A DNA stretch of 57,763 bases from Candidatus Moraniibacteriota bacterium (GCA_052035095.1 JBPOHW010000014.1:1-57763); one strand, 5' to 3'. Shown: positions 31,310-41,404, numbered from the stretch's first letter. Numbers and translations: made by a program. The notes: generated from the sequence alone by a model not told the origin.

Positions 31310-32059
31310 CTAAGTATGTTCCGGTTCAAGAGTCGCCATCTTCAGAAACACCAAGGTCAATATGGAGAATACCGCCGCCTGCACCACCCCGACGAAAACT
31401 TCGAGAAAGAGAAACGGAAGCGGCACTACATATGGCACGAGATTCAAGATAACGATGAGGAGCACCTCGCCCGCGAAGATGTTGCCGAAAAGCCGAAACG
31501 AAAACGATACCACACGCGTCACCTCCCCCATAAGTTCGAGGACACCCATAAAGGTTCCCACACCGTACGGCTTCACAAGAGGGCTCACAAAAAACTTCTT
31601 CGCATACTTGACCGCGCCGATCGTGGCAATCCCCATAAACTGCACCATAAAAACCGCAAGAAGGGAAATCGCGAGCGTCATATTGAGATCCGCTGACGGA
31701 CTCCGGATAAAGGGAATAATCGAGTGACCGTCATGCCCCGGAAGCCCGACCGTTCCGAATCCCGGCACGAGTCCCGACCAATTCGAGAAAAGCACGAAAA
31801 AAAAGATGGTCGCGATAAACGGGAAAAACTTCCGAGCAAGCGATTCACTTCCGGCAACATCGACCACCAGTTTCCACAGCGCTTCGAATATCGCCTCGAC
31901 CGCCGACTGCACCCTCCCCGGCACCGCCGAGAGTTTCCCGAAAAACACCGCCGAAAACAATACCAACCCGACACTCACGATAAGCGTCAGGATGAACGTA
32001 TTCGTCATCGGAAAATTCCCCAAGCGAAACATTTCTTCCGCCGCAATCGAGATATGCAT
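31310..32059 (-). CDS. atpB: ATP synthase a
   Basis: Motifs PSADLNMT, SFRLFGNIFAGE and QAAVFSILT. Start at 32059. Confidence 0.97.
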   Translation of the reverse strand: MHISIAAEEMFRLGNFPMTNTFILTLIVSVGLVLFSAVFFGKLSAVPGRVQSAVEAIFEALWKLVVDVAGSESLARKFFPFIATIFFFVLFSNWSGLVPGFGTVGLPGHDGHSIIPFIRSPSADLNMTLAISLLAVFMVQFMGIATIGAVKYAKKFFVSPLVKPYGVGTFMGVLELMGEVTRVVSFSFRLFGNIFAGEVLLIVILNLVPYVVPLPFLFLEVFVGVVQAAVFSILTLVFLKMATLEPEHT

Positions 32060-32181
32060 ACGCTTCAAATATATCTTCCCGCAGTACAAACAAAAACCCT
32101 CCGCCACAAAGGCAGGTGTCATTTCAAACTTTTTCCCTTGTTTCCAGTATTATCGAAAATGAAAGAGAAGTCAATTATTCG

Positions 32182-32210
32182 TTGACAAGGAAGCGTTACT
32201 CTCCTATCGT
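32182..32210 (+). promoter_or_regulatory. Sigma-70 promoter
   Basis: TTGACA-17nt-TATCGT, upstream of the 32253 ORF. Confidence 0.6.
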
Positions 32211-32252
32211 TGATTGCAGTATTCTTCCCAATTCAACCAAGAGGAAAAGTTC

Positions 32253-32615
32253 GTGACTCTCTCACGCACACTCAAGACTCTCGCCATTACTTGCGCCCTC
32301 GTTCTTTGCGTATTTCCGCACATATCGCTTGCCGAATCTCTCTCCGAGAGCGTTGCCGCATTCCTTGTTACGGAAAAAAATTTTCGCCAGCCATCTGGTG
32401 ACACTTTTCCCTCCGCATTCGCATTTCCGGAGGAGGAACCCCCTCCATTTGCTGAAATCGCGCAACCAATAGGCATACTACGATTCGGAAACTTGAACCT
32501 CACCACCTACGCAAATAGCCGACCATCGCTCTCGTATCAGTTCAACAAAAACATGAACCTTCGCATCAAGGCATCGGGAGACTCGGCGCTCCTGCAATTT
32601 CGCTTCCACTTCTGA
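32253..32615 (+). CDS. Secreted hypothetical protein with beta-strand-rich C-terminus
   Basis: GAGG RBS with GTG start, signal peptide (SLA-ES), and C-terminus LLQFRFHF. Confidence 0.65.
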   Translation: MTLSRTLKTLAITCALVLCVFPHISLAESLSESVAAFLVTEKNFRQPSGDTFPSAFAFPEEEPPPFAEIAQPIGILRFGNLNLTTYANSRPSLSYQFNKNMNLRIKASGDSALLQFRFHF

Positions 32616-32674
32616 AAATTCCAAAAATAAAAAATATCCGCCTCAGCACACTTGCAGAAGAACCTCCTAATTTC

Positions 32675-32707
32675 AAAGCCCCTCCCGGATTCCGGCGAGG
32701 GGCTTTT
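32675..32707. terminator. Bidirectional terminator
   Basis: AAAGCCCCTC...GAGGGGCTTTTT between convergent genes. Confidence 0.65.
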
Positions 32708-32753
32708 TACTTCGAAGGGTTTCTCTTTACTTTTCAAGCGCCTCAACAAGAGA

Positions 32754-33140
32754 TCAAATCTTCGAATGAAGCGCGACGCGGTTTCCTTCGGTGTCGAGGA
32801 CAACCGCCATGAAACCATATTCACCGATCGACTTCTTTGGCACCAGGATTTTTCCGCCCGCCGCTTCGACCCGACCGAGTTCATTCTCGAGATCGCCCGA
32901 ATACGCCGTGAAATATACGAGTGTGCCATCCTGCGACGGTTTGTACCACTCCGCATGCGCGACGAGCGAGCCCGCCGCCCCCTTCCCGTCCACCATCGGA
33001 AACCACGCCATATCGATTTCTCCCACCATGTGTCGCTCAAGCTTCATCTCCAAGACCGTCTCATAGAACTTCACCGCCCGCCCCATGTCGGTCACAGGAA
33101 TCTCAAACCACCCCACTGCATTGCCTTTTTCTTCCGCCAT
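32754..33140 (-). CDS. VOC (glyoxalase/bleomycin-resistance) family protein
   Basis: Motifs WFEIPVTD..RA..FY and DTEGNRVALHS. Confidence 0.92.
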   Translation of the reverse strand: MAEEKGNAVGWFEIPVTDMGRAVKFYETVLEMKLERHMVGEIDMAWFPMVDGKGAAGSLVAHAEWYKPSQDGTLVYFTAYSGDLENELGRVEAAGGKILVPKKSIGEYGFMAVVLDTEGNRVALHSKI

Positions 33141-33177
33141 AACGTTGTGTGAAAAAATTATTTAATTGTGCAGAAAT

Positions 33178-34200
33178 CTACCTCCACCCTTGTCCCGTGA
33201 TGCGCCAGACGATCTGTTCTTGCTGAACATTCACTACGCCGCTGGGGGTTTGTTGGGGGACGAGTTGTTGGAGTTTCTTGAATTCCATCGAGAGTCCGAA
33301 GAAGTGGGATGATTGGGTGGATTCGACAAAGGCGATTTTGTAATCGCGTTTACTCTCGCTTCGCCCGTCTATTTCCGTTTCTGGATTCCACGGTTCGGTG
33401 AGGCGCATATCGGTATCGTAGGACTCATAGATCGCGGAGAGCATCTCGGCAAGCTGGGGATCGGCGTCGACGATGGTCGAGACGCCCAAGTCCTCGCGCG
33501 CTTCTTTGCGGCCGATATAGTACTGGTGCGAGTAGAGCTTCTCGGTAAAGTGCTCGATAATACTCGCAATTTTTTCTTTCGTCATGGGGCGCGCGTGACT
33601 CGAGAGAAGTCTCCCGGCGAGCACTTTGATAAGATTGTGCGTCCGATTCACATTGCCAAGAGCAAGCGGGTGAATGGGAGGCGTCGCCTCCATAAATTTC
33701 ATAAAAATATCGGCGAGCTTCTCGTCACTTTTCACACCGAATTTATTCTTGGCGAGATCAAAATAGCTCATCACTTCTTCGACCGAAATTTGGATGCGCC
33801 CCTCGGGATTCTTGGGATCGGCGAGATTGAAAAAGTTGGACGTCGAAGGGTCGATCGGCGAGAGCTCGCTCATATCGCTCATCACGATTTCATCGGCGCC
33901 GAGCGCGATCATGGTCGCCGCAGAGTGCGCCTTGTACGGCACGATGACTGAGAACTTTTCACCGTACTCGCGAATCATCGAGACGAGACGCCATGGCACC
34001 ATAGTGTCGCCGCCCGCGCTGTAGAGCACGAGATCAATCCGCTTCGCCTTCCCGATCGCGCGCAGTTGCTTACTGACAATCGGAATGATATCCATCGCGA
34101 CCCGCGCATTGACCGGCCCCTGCCGATCACTCGTCACATACGCGACGACTCGCGACCCGCGCTTCGCTTCTATCTGTTCAAACAATTTTTTCCGTTCCAT
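33178..34200 (-). CDS. SDH_sah / ClpP-crotonase-clan serine protease-like protein
   Basis: Motifs LYSAGGD, AHSAATMIALGADEIVM and LSPIDP. Confidence 0.85.
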   Translation of the reverse strand: MERKKLFEQIEAKRGSRVVAYVTSDRQGPVNARVAMDIIPIVSKQLRAIGKAKRIDLVLYSAGGDTMVPWRLVSMIREYGEKFSVIVPYKAHSAATMIALGADEIVMSDMSELSPIDPSTSNFFNLADPKNPEGRIQISVEEVMSYFDLAKNKFGVKSDEKLADIFMKFMEATPPIHPLALGNVNRTHNLIKVLAGRLLSSHARPMTKEKIASIIEHFTEKLYSHQYYIGRKEAREDLGVSTIVDADPQLAEMLSAIYESYDTDMRLTEPWNPETEIDGRSESKRDYKIAFVESTQSSHFFGLSMEFKKLQQLVPQQTPSGVVNVQQEQIVWRITGQGWR

Positions 34201-34307
34201 AAAAGTGTTCTCAAAAAAAGAAAATCGTCCCCGCAGTATATATCGAAATAGATTGGGGGGCAAGAAAAAAACGCCCCCGCCAGATTCCTGCTAGCGGGGT
34301 CATTAGA

Positions 34308-35396
34308 TCACTTCATTTGCGCGAGAATATCCTCTTCTCGCTTTTTCTTTTCAGCCTCTCGCCGGGCGTCTTCCATAACTCGTCGCTTGTAACTCTTTAC
34401 ACAAAAGCGCAAGCAATCGACGAGTTCCACGTCATCCGGATATTCCCTCATCACTCGATTCGCTGTCCGAATATCAATTTCGTTTCTGACAGAAAATCTC
34501 CGCCAGTCATCCTCCTCATATTCAAGAATTGACGCTCGCGCAATGCGATGCCGCAAATCTTTTCTCTTGTCACCGGAAAGAACATCAAACATCTTCGGCA
34601 ATCTATACCCGATAATCAAGGGACAGATAGTGCTGTGGTGCCTCAGAAGAAAGTCTATTTGACTCTCGAACAGCTCCACGGAATAGGGAGAATCATTCCA
34701 CAGGTATGCCTCGACAATACGCGCATAGCAAGAAAGGGCATCCTCCCACTGTTCTCTTGGCTTTGATTTCCCCGCCAGTTCACTTCGAATAATTTCCCAC
34801 ATCATCGAATCCGCCCTTACCTTCCAATATTCGCCAACTTCTTTCGAATACAAAAGAAGTCCGAAAGGAGTATATGCGGAAGCACCTCCCCTGTCAGAAC
34901 TTGTTGAAATACTCCGAAGAGAATACAGCAGAAAAAGTTCCTCGCTCTTTTCCATTGGGAGAAGCGAAAGGAGCTTCAAAATACAGCAGCTGTAGAAACT
35001 CAAGGCATCATGCCATTCGCCCGAACTCGATCGATCGTTATGTAGCTTTTTCAGTCTCAAGCAAAAGCCCGATACGAGTCCGGCTACATAGAGGAGGAGA
35101 TCAAAAGAAAGACTCGGGAGAGCATCAAGAAATCCTTTTTCACCGTAAAACCCCCCTATTTCTTCCTTCTTCCAGTAAATCGGATTGAACTTCTTCGAAG
35201 GCACAACAAGCAGGTACAGCGCTCTTCGTTTGAAGGAGTCGCGCACGTCCGAAGTCAAAAGTCCGACGAGGTCACTCTGTTCCCTCGCTCTCGGTCCGCG
35301 ATCTACCCATTGTTTCCAAATGGCATCCTCAGCGGTCGGAAACCACTCAGTCAAAAATTCCCGAACAAAGATCGGTAAATCTCTCGTTCTCATCAT
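34308..35396 (-). CDS. Hypothetical protein (helical, lower GC)
   Basis: 362-aa ORF with no recognised motif. Confidence 0.7.
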   Translation of the reverse strand: MMRTRDLPIFVREFLTEWFPTAEDAIWKQWVDRGPRAREQSDLVGLLTSDVRDSFKRRALYLLVVPSKKFNPIYWKKEEIGGFYGEKGFLDALPSLSFDLLLYVAGLVSGFCLRLKKLHNDRSSSGEWHDALSFYSCCILKLLSLLPMEKSEELFLLYSLRSISTSSDRGGASAYTPFGLLLYSKEVGEYWKVRADSMMWEIIRSELAGKSKPREQWEDALSCYARIVEAYLWNDSPYSVELFESQIDFLLRHHSTICPLIIGYRLPKMFDVLSGDKRKDLRHRIARASILEYEEDDWRRFSVRNEIDIRTANRVMREYPDDVELVDCLRFCVKSYKRRVMEDARREAEKKKREEDILAQMK

Positions 35397-35569
35397 TAAC
35401 TCCTTGTGACAATATGGAATGAGGATAGGATATGGTTCGTTCCTTGGTCACTCAGGAAATATCGAGTTGTAAAGGAGCGCCTCCTTAATATCACCAAAAA
35501 AAACTTTCGTCAACATAAAAGCGACCTCGCTATGAAACGAAGTCGCTTTTTTTCTTTACACAAAAACCT

Positions 35570-36028
35570 TTACCGGCTGGTCAAAATCGTCATACCGCCT
35601 TCGGCATTGCAGGCGCGCACGGTCACCATATTGTTCGTGTCGCGAACAATGGTATACCCGGTCTTTCCCGCCGTACCGTTTGGATCGACCGGAATGCTCT
35701 TCAGATAACTCCCGAGCGCCGTCCCAAGATCAACGCACGATGCTGCGGTCGCCGCGCATCCACCCGTTGCAATGGCGCATCCGGTCGTATCCGTTCCGAT
35801 TTGCGTCTCAACCGCCGGAACCGCCGCCGGGAATGTCCCCTTCATGTCATTCACATACGTATGCACCGCTGAGAGAATGTTTTGAATATCCGTCGTTCGT
35901 CGCGCGTTTCGCGTATCCTGGAATCGTTTCGCCGGATCGAGCGCCACAAAGACCACGACCGCGAGGACCGCGAGCAGTCCAATGACCAAGAGAATTTCCA
36001 TAAGTGTGAATCCTTTCTGCTGTTTCAT
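35570..36028 (-). CDS. Type IV pilin
   Basis: KG-FTLMEILLVIG prepilin motif and YLKSIPVDP. Confidence 0.93.
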   Translation of the reverse strand: MKQQKGFTLMEILLVIGLLAVLAVVVFVALDPAKRFQDTRNARRTTDIQNILSAVHTYVNDMKGTFPAAVPAVETQIGTDTTGCAIATGGCAATAASCVDLGTALGSYLKSIPVDPNGTAGKTGYTIVRDTNNMVTVRACNAEGGMTILTSR

Positions 36029-36204
36029 ATGATTTTTCTTTTACTATTTAATAAAATAAAGATTCCTTCGATACGATACCGACAGCACCCGCGCATCGCG
36101 GGAAAAAATCCGAATCAAAAGTTATCCCATATCGTTTTATTTTTATCGAGTAAAGAAATGCAAAAAAACATGCTTTCATTATACCACATCTTTGAAAAAA
36201 ATTG

Positions 36205-36666
36205 TCAACGCGATGCGGAAATGATCGCGCCGCCTTCGGCGCCGCACGCCTTCACGGTCACGATGCCGTTTGCGTCTACCGCGACCGAGTACCGCGTGAG
36301 CGCCTGCGTGCCGCCGCTCGGATCTTGCGGGATCGTTTTGAGATATTTCGCGAGCGTCACCGAGAGATTGACGCAATCGGTCGCGCCGACAACGCTGCAT
36401 CCGCCGGTCGCGATCGCGCATCCGGTCGCCGCCGTACCAACCTGCTTCTCAACCGTAGTAATGCCCGAAGGCAGTGTCCCTTGCGTATCGATAATGGAGG
36501 TTTGAATCGCCGAGAGGATCGACTGCGCGTCGGTCGAACGCTTGGCGTTTCGCGTATCCTGAAATCGTTTCGCCGGATCAAGCGCGACAAACACGACCGT
36601 CGCCAGGACCGCGATCATCCCGATCACGAGCAAAATTTCTATTAACGTAAACGCTTTCTGTCGCAT
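36205..36666 (-). CDS. Type IV pilin (paralogue of 35570-36028)
   Basis: KA-FTLIEILLVIG prepilin motif and YLKTIPQDP. Confidence 0.93.
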   Translation of the reverse strand: MRQKAFTLIEILLVIGMIAVLATVVFVALDPAKRFQDTRNAKRSTDAQSILSAIQTSIIDTQGTLPSGITTVEKQVGTAATGCAIATGGCSVVGATDCVNLSVTLAKYLKTIPQDPSGGTQALTRYSVAVDANGIVTVKACGAEGGAIISASR

Positions 36667-36716
36667 AGTATAAATTCGTTGTTATACCAAATTATCCTGA
36701 AGCCATGCCCCTGCAC

Positions 36717-36802
36717 GCCGAGACCGCAAAAAAGAATTTTTCGAAACTTCGCTCCGAGCCCGGGAGGAGTGTGTGAGAAAAAATCTTTTTCTTGGTCGAG
36801 GC
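36717..36802 (+). repeat. Repeat family B, copy 4
   Basis: Near-identical to 38839-38924. Confidence 0.9.
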
Positions 36803-36835
36803 GACTTTCAAAAGAGCAGTGGCTAAAACATAGCA

Positions 36836-38317
36836 TTACTTCTTCCCGATCACTATCGTCACGTCCGCTTCGGATGCTTCCAAAGTTTCGACGCGTCGAT
36901 CAAGCGAAGCCTCGAGACCAGAAACGGAGATGAGCTCATCCACAAAAGCGTCCGGCACCGACGCTTTCGCTCGAACCGACGGCGCGATTTCTTTTGACTC
37001 GGCGTTTCCGACGCGTATCACGACAAACTCCTCTTTCGTCAGGATCTCTTGCAATCGCCCCGCCGCCCCCGCGACGCCACTTGCGTTTTCGATGGCGATG
37101 CGAAAACTCGCTCGATTGAAAGCAACCGGCTCTTCGGATGGCGCCGGAACCGTTTCAACCGCTTTCTCCGGAATCGAATTGACAGGAGACACATCCGGCG
37201 GGACACTCGTTTCCAACTGACGCGCGCGATCCGAAGTCTCTTTTTCCCTCTCTTGCCCTTTCTTCAGCAATCCTATGGCGGCAACGCCGCAGGTCAACAC
37301 CACGAGAAACGAAGCAGCCAACGTCCACGTTTTTCGTGAAACCCGATGAGTACCTCCAACCTTTCCCGTAACATCTCCAGACCGATCCGAAGCCGGTCGT
37401 TCATCAAGTGTATGCGGACGAAACCGATCCTCAGCCGCTTCCATTTCTTCCGACGCGGTTACAGCATCATCCGACGCGACCGTCGAAATTTCCGGAACGT
37501 CGAGCTTGATTGAGAGCACCGAACGATCGTCCCCGGAAATATCGCGCTTCTCCGCGCACCCGAGCAGAGCTGTTTTCTTGGAAAACTCCAGTGAAAGTCC
37601 GACTGACTCCGCCTTCTCCCGTTCAAAATCGGAAAGCTCCCGTTCCGAAAAATCGCCAACAAACACGATTGTTTTTATCGACAAGGCAAATCGATGTTCA
37701 ACAAAACGCCGCACATTCTCCACCGCCTCGAAATTTACCACTCCTAAGGATGTCACACTCGAAAGCACTATGCCGCCGATCACTCCAGCGACAAAAATCC
37801 CATCGCTTTTGCAGACGACAAGGATTGCCTCTTTCCGATCGGCAAACAAAGAAGCGATCGCGCACGATTCGGGAAGCGCCTCGAGGACGCGAAATCCGGC
37901 AGATTTCACCGCCGGCACGACAATTCGCGCGAACGAAGCGATGACCGCCACCACCTCGACCGGTCGCCCCAAAGAAGCCGCCGGCAAGGAGACTTCCCGA
38001 TAGTCCCAGGTGGTTTTTTCCAGTTCTTCGGGAACAAGTTTGCCGGCAAGCTGAAAGACCGCTTCGCGTTCCTTTTCCAAGGAAGCGAATACTTCCTTTT
38101 CTTGTTCCGACACAAAAAGCGTCGCCACATACGCGAAGGGCTCCCCCATCAAGAGTCGCACGCTTCGCCCCATCGCCGATCGCGCCGTCTCCAAAACGCG
38201 CCCGATTGTCTCCGGCGTCCACGAGAGACTCACCAATTCCTTCGCTTCATCCCCGTGAACCGAAAATCCTTTCACGGCGCTCGACGTTATGAAAAGCACC
38301 TCCTTGGTATTCAACAT
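36836..38317 (-). CDS. Membrane protein with C-terminal LytR_C domain and PilM/GspL-like N-terminus
   Basis: C-terminal IENASGVAGAAG...VGNA...DVTIVIG and one TM helix. The N-terminal assignment is tentative. Confidence 0.75.
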   Translation of the reverse strand: MLNTKEVLFITSSAVKGFSVHGDEAKELVSLSWTPETIGRVLETARSAMGRSVRLLMGEPFAYVATLFVSEQEKEVFASLEKEREAVFQLAGKLVPEELEKTTWDYREVSLPAASLGRPVEVVAVIASFARIVVPAVKSAGFRVLEALPESCAIASLFADRKEAILVVCKSDGIFVAGVIGGIVLSSVTSLGVVNFEAVENVRRFVEHRFALSIKTIVFVGDFSERELSDFEREKAESVGLSLEFSKKTALLGCAEKRDISGDDRSVLSIKLDVPEISTVASDDAVTASEEMEAAEDRFRPHTLDERPASDRSGDVTGKVGGTHRVSRKTWTLAASFLVVLTCGVAAIGLLKKGQEREKETSDRARQLETSVPPDVSPVNSIPEKAVETVPAPSEEPVAFNRASFRIAIENASGVAGAAGRLQEILTKEEFVVIRVGNAESKEIAPSVRAKASVPDAFVDELISVSGLEASLDRRVETLEASEADVTIVIGKK

Positions 38318-38422
38318 AGAGAAAATAGTATGAGCCGTGAGATGAAAAATCGGAAACTGAGAAACGTATGTATTCAGTATACACCATACTTCACTTCCCG
38401 CATTCACCACCGACCCGTCGCA

Positions 38423-38800
38423 TTACGGAATCGCGTGCCAACTCACCAGCTTGACGCCCGCGCCGGTCCGATCGAAGACAACGCTCGCCGCGTGATCGTA
38501 CTCTCCACTTGTCCGCACCGTCGCCGTCCAACGATTGCCCGCCTTCGAAAGCGAAACCGTGCACGATCCGTCCGGTCGCGACACCGTCCCGCCGGCATAG
38601 GACGCGCTCGCGCGGGAAAAAAGAAGCGTATCCTCGACACACCCGTCAAGGAGTACCCGCGCCGATCCGCCTTCCGAAAGCGCATACGATGTCTGCGCGT
38701 CGCTTACCGACAAAATCGTCATCGTCACCCCGAGCATAAGCGACACCGCAAGGAGCACAAAAACCGTAGAAATAACGACAAAACCGTTGAATGATGACAT
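38423..38800 (-). CDS. PilX-like minor pilin
   Basis: NG-FVVISTV start lacking Glu5, then A...A.GC.E..L. Confidence 0.8.
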   Translation of the reverse strand: MSSFNGFVVISTVFVLLAVSLMLGVTMTILSVSDAQTSYALSEGGSARVLLDGCVEDTLLFSRASASYAGGTVSRPDGSCTVSLSKAGNRWTATVRTSGEYDHAASVVFDRTGAGVKLVSWHAIP

Positions 38801-38838
38801 AGGTTAACTACATTACTCTGAAGACCACTATCATGCAC

Positions 38839-38924
38839 GCCGAGACTAAGAAAAAGAATTTTTCGAAACTTCGCTCCGAGCCCGGGAGGAGCGTGTGAGA
38901 AAAAATCTTTTTCTTGGTCAAGGC
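38839..38924 (+). repeat. Repeat family B, copy 5
   Basis: Near-identical to 36717-36802. Confidence 0.9.
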
Positions 38925-38962
38925 AACTCCCAAGGAAGCAGGGACGAAAATAAGGAAACAAT

Positions 38963-39499
38963 TTAGAGTGAGTTCGATCGGATTTCCGCCGATGATCGAA
39001 GAGCGGTATCACTCGCGTATTCGAAACGATTGCTCCCCGATATTGTTTCGAGCTGGAGTTCAAAGCCGATATTTTTTGTTTTGTTATCAAGAGAAGAGGC
39101 ATTGGTGAAGAGAATCGAACTCACGACAACAGTGGAGGACGTGAGCGCGACCGGCGCCGAAACGCCTTGTGCCACGCGGAGCGTGCCACTCGACACGTCG
39201 ATAACAATCGGATCATTGGGCGCGACACCGCGAAGCGTCACCCTTGATCCGGGAGTCGCCGCGAGGTTCACGCCAAAATTGGAATTGGCGACATCGATAT
39301 CCGTCGCCTCGCGGATAAAGAATGAGAGCCTCTCTCCCGCAAATCGAATATTCGATACCGCGTCGTGATGTGTGTTTCCCTTCACGCCGATCCCGATCAT
39401 ATTCCATCCAAATCCCGCCAAGGACACCAACACCATCCCGGCAATACCGACATAGAGCAACACTTCAATCAAAGTAAACGCTTTTGCCTTGTATTTCAT
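38963..39499 (-). CDS. PilW-like minor pilin
   Basis: KA-FTLIEVLLYVG prepilin motif. Confidence 0.88.
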   Translation of the reverse strand: MKYKAKAFTLIEVLLYVGIAGMVLVSLAGFGWNMIGIGVKGNTHHDAVSNIRFAGERLSFFIREATDIDVANSNFGVNLAATPGSRVTLRGVAPNDPIVIDVSSGTLRVAQGVSAPVALTSSTVVVSSILFTNASSLDNKTKNIGFELQLETISGSNRFEYASDTALRSSAEIRSNSL

Positions 39500-39595
39500 A
39501 CAAAATTCCAAATTACAAAAACAAAATTTCAAAATAATTTTCAAATTTCAAAATTTCTTTATCTTTTATCATTTAACATTTGGAATTTAAAATTT

Positions 39596-41404
39596 TCAGA
39601 GATTGTCCCACGCGAAATCAAACCACATCGCCGTCGCCGACACCCCGCTTGTTCCATGCGTCGTAAACCCAAGCGCCCCCGACCCGACCGGCGCCGAGCC
39701 ATCCCAGAGTTGCGTCGAGACGCGCCGATTCGCGTCCGCCATCACCAAGAGAATTTCATCGCTCCCGACACTCGGCACAAGACGAATCGCGCGCGCGACA
39801 CCGGAGAGTGCCGGAAGTGACGTTGCCGACGCGTCAAACGCGTTCGTTGCCGCGGTATATTTCCGCAGTTTCGGAATACTCGTATTGTCACTCACAACCG
39901 CGAGTCCGTCGCCGGAAGCACTCTCATAGGCAATGTGGAAGCTCCTCTCCGCTCCAGTACTACTTGTTGTCGTCAGAATGTTATTGGTTGGCGTTGTCCA
40001 AGTAGGCGTCGCGTCGGCGCGAAAGCAATAAATATCGTTTTGTGTATCCTTATCGCACGAGAGAAAAATCGCCGAAGCGGGACTCGCGACTACTGCCGAG
40101 GGACCGAGTCGCGTCGAGCCTACACCTTGATTGGGCGCGTTCGCCGCCGCGCTCCACGCGCCACCCCCGGAGCCGTTCGCCGTAAATACTTTCGTAGTGA
40201 TTCCGCGATCGGTCGTTCCGTCGGCATAGACGAGAGCCCCACGAAGGGGATCGATCGCGCTCCAGACAAAATCCACCCGGTGAAACGCCGTCGAGGGCGC
40301 GGCCGTCGCGTGCGCGCCGTGAAGCGTCCAGCTCGCCGTCTGGTAGGCGCCGCCACTGAAATACTCCGTTCGCGTATCGCTTGCCTGATCGAAGAATGCC
40401 GCCATCGCCTCACTCGTCCCGGGACGCGCGCGAAGCGTGACAATGGAAGGAATACCCGAAAGCGCCCGAAGCGACACTTGCCCCGACCACGATGTTCCGT
40501 TCCATACGCGAGACTTCGGCGTCGTCGTGTTATCACTCACAACCGCGAGAAAATCACCATTTGCGAGATACGTCCCGTCAAAATTCTGCGCGTCGAGAAA
40601 CGTGTTATTGTTCCAGTTTGCCAGGAGTTGAACATCGCTCCAAGAGTTTCCATCCCACACTTGTCCGTAGATATACTGCGTCGTGCCATTTGAATGGCGA
40701 GAGAGAAGAATTTTTTCATTCCGCGTCGAAGAGGCGAAGAGACTCATCGCGCGCGCGACGCGATTGGTCGTCGCGCCGTCAATATCGGCAACGGACGAGA
40801 CGGCGCTCCATGTGCCGGCATCGCCGTCGAGGAGTCGGTAGCGCATCGCGTCCGTCGTCGTTCCGCCATCCGCGTAGACAAGCATACCGCGCCTCGGCAC
40901 CAAGGGCTTTTTCCAATCGGTCAGGTATGAAGTGTAGGAAATCGTATTCGTTCGCGCCGAGGTAACCGGCCACACGACCGTCGACGTAATTTTCCGGCTC
41001 AAAGAATCAAGCGTCCCGCCGCTTGCAACAATAGTGCCGCTCCCATCGCGAGCAACCGGCGCGATCGAAACCGTCCGCACGTATTTCCCATACGATGTCG
41101 AAACTCCCGATACCGCCCACGTGCCGCCCGCTCCCACACGATCGATACCCGCGCTCGGCGTTGTCGAAAGAAGCGCGAACGATTGATTCTTCACCGAGCG
41201 AAGCGCCTCGATGCCCTCACTCGCGTACTGCGCCGCGATCGCTTCTTCTTCGGCGAGCCGATCCATCTCGAGCCCCTGCAGAAGAAGCGCGATTACGCCG
41301 GACGAGAAGATGACAAAAAGCGCCGTCCCGAGCATCACCTCAACGACGGAAAATCCGCGACTGTTTCGAAAGGATACATTGTGTTTTTGCTCTTGCCTTT
41401 CCAC
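39596..41404 (-). CDS. PilV-like minor pilin with large C-terminal repeat (probable beta-propeller) domain
   Basis: RG-FSVVEV prepilin motif and recurring W-D/N-G-x-S-W units. Confidence 0.85.
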   Translation of the reverse strand: MERQEQKHNVSFRNSRGFSVVEVMLGTALFVIFSSGVIALLLQGLEMDRLAEEEAIAAQYASEGIEALRSVKNQSFALLSTTPSAGIDRVGAGGTWAVSGVSTSYGKYVRTVSIAPVARDGSGTIVASGGTLDSLSRKITSTVVWPVTSARTNTISYTSYLTDWKKPLVPRRGMLVYADGGTTTDAMRYRLLDGDAGTWSAVSSVADIDGATTNRVARAMSLFASSTRNEKILLSRHSNGTTQYIYGQVWDGNSWSDVQLLANWNNNTFLDAQNFDGTYLANGDFLAVVSDNTTTPKSRVWNGTSWSGQVSLRALSGIPSIVTLRARPGTSEAMAAFFDQASDTRTEYFSGGAYQTASWTLHGAHATAAPSTAFHRVDFVWSAIDPLRGALVYADGTTDRGITTKVFTANGSGGGAWSAAANAPNQGVGSTRLGPSAVVASPASAIFLSCDKDTQNDIYCFRADATPTWTTPTNNILTTTSSTGAERSFHIAYESASGDGLAVVSDNTSIPKLRKYTAATNAFDASATSLPALSGVARAIRLVPSVGSDEILLVMADANRRVSTQLWDGSAPVGSGALGFTTHGTSGVSATAMWFDFAWDNL

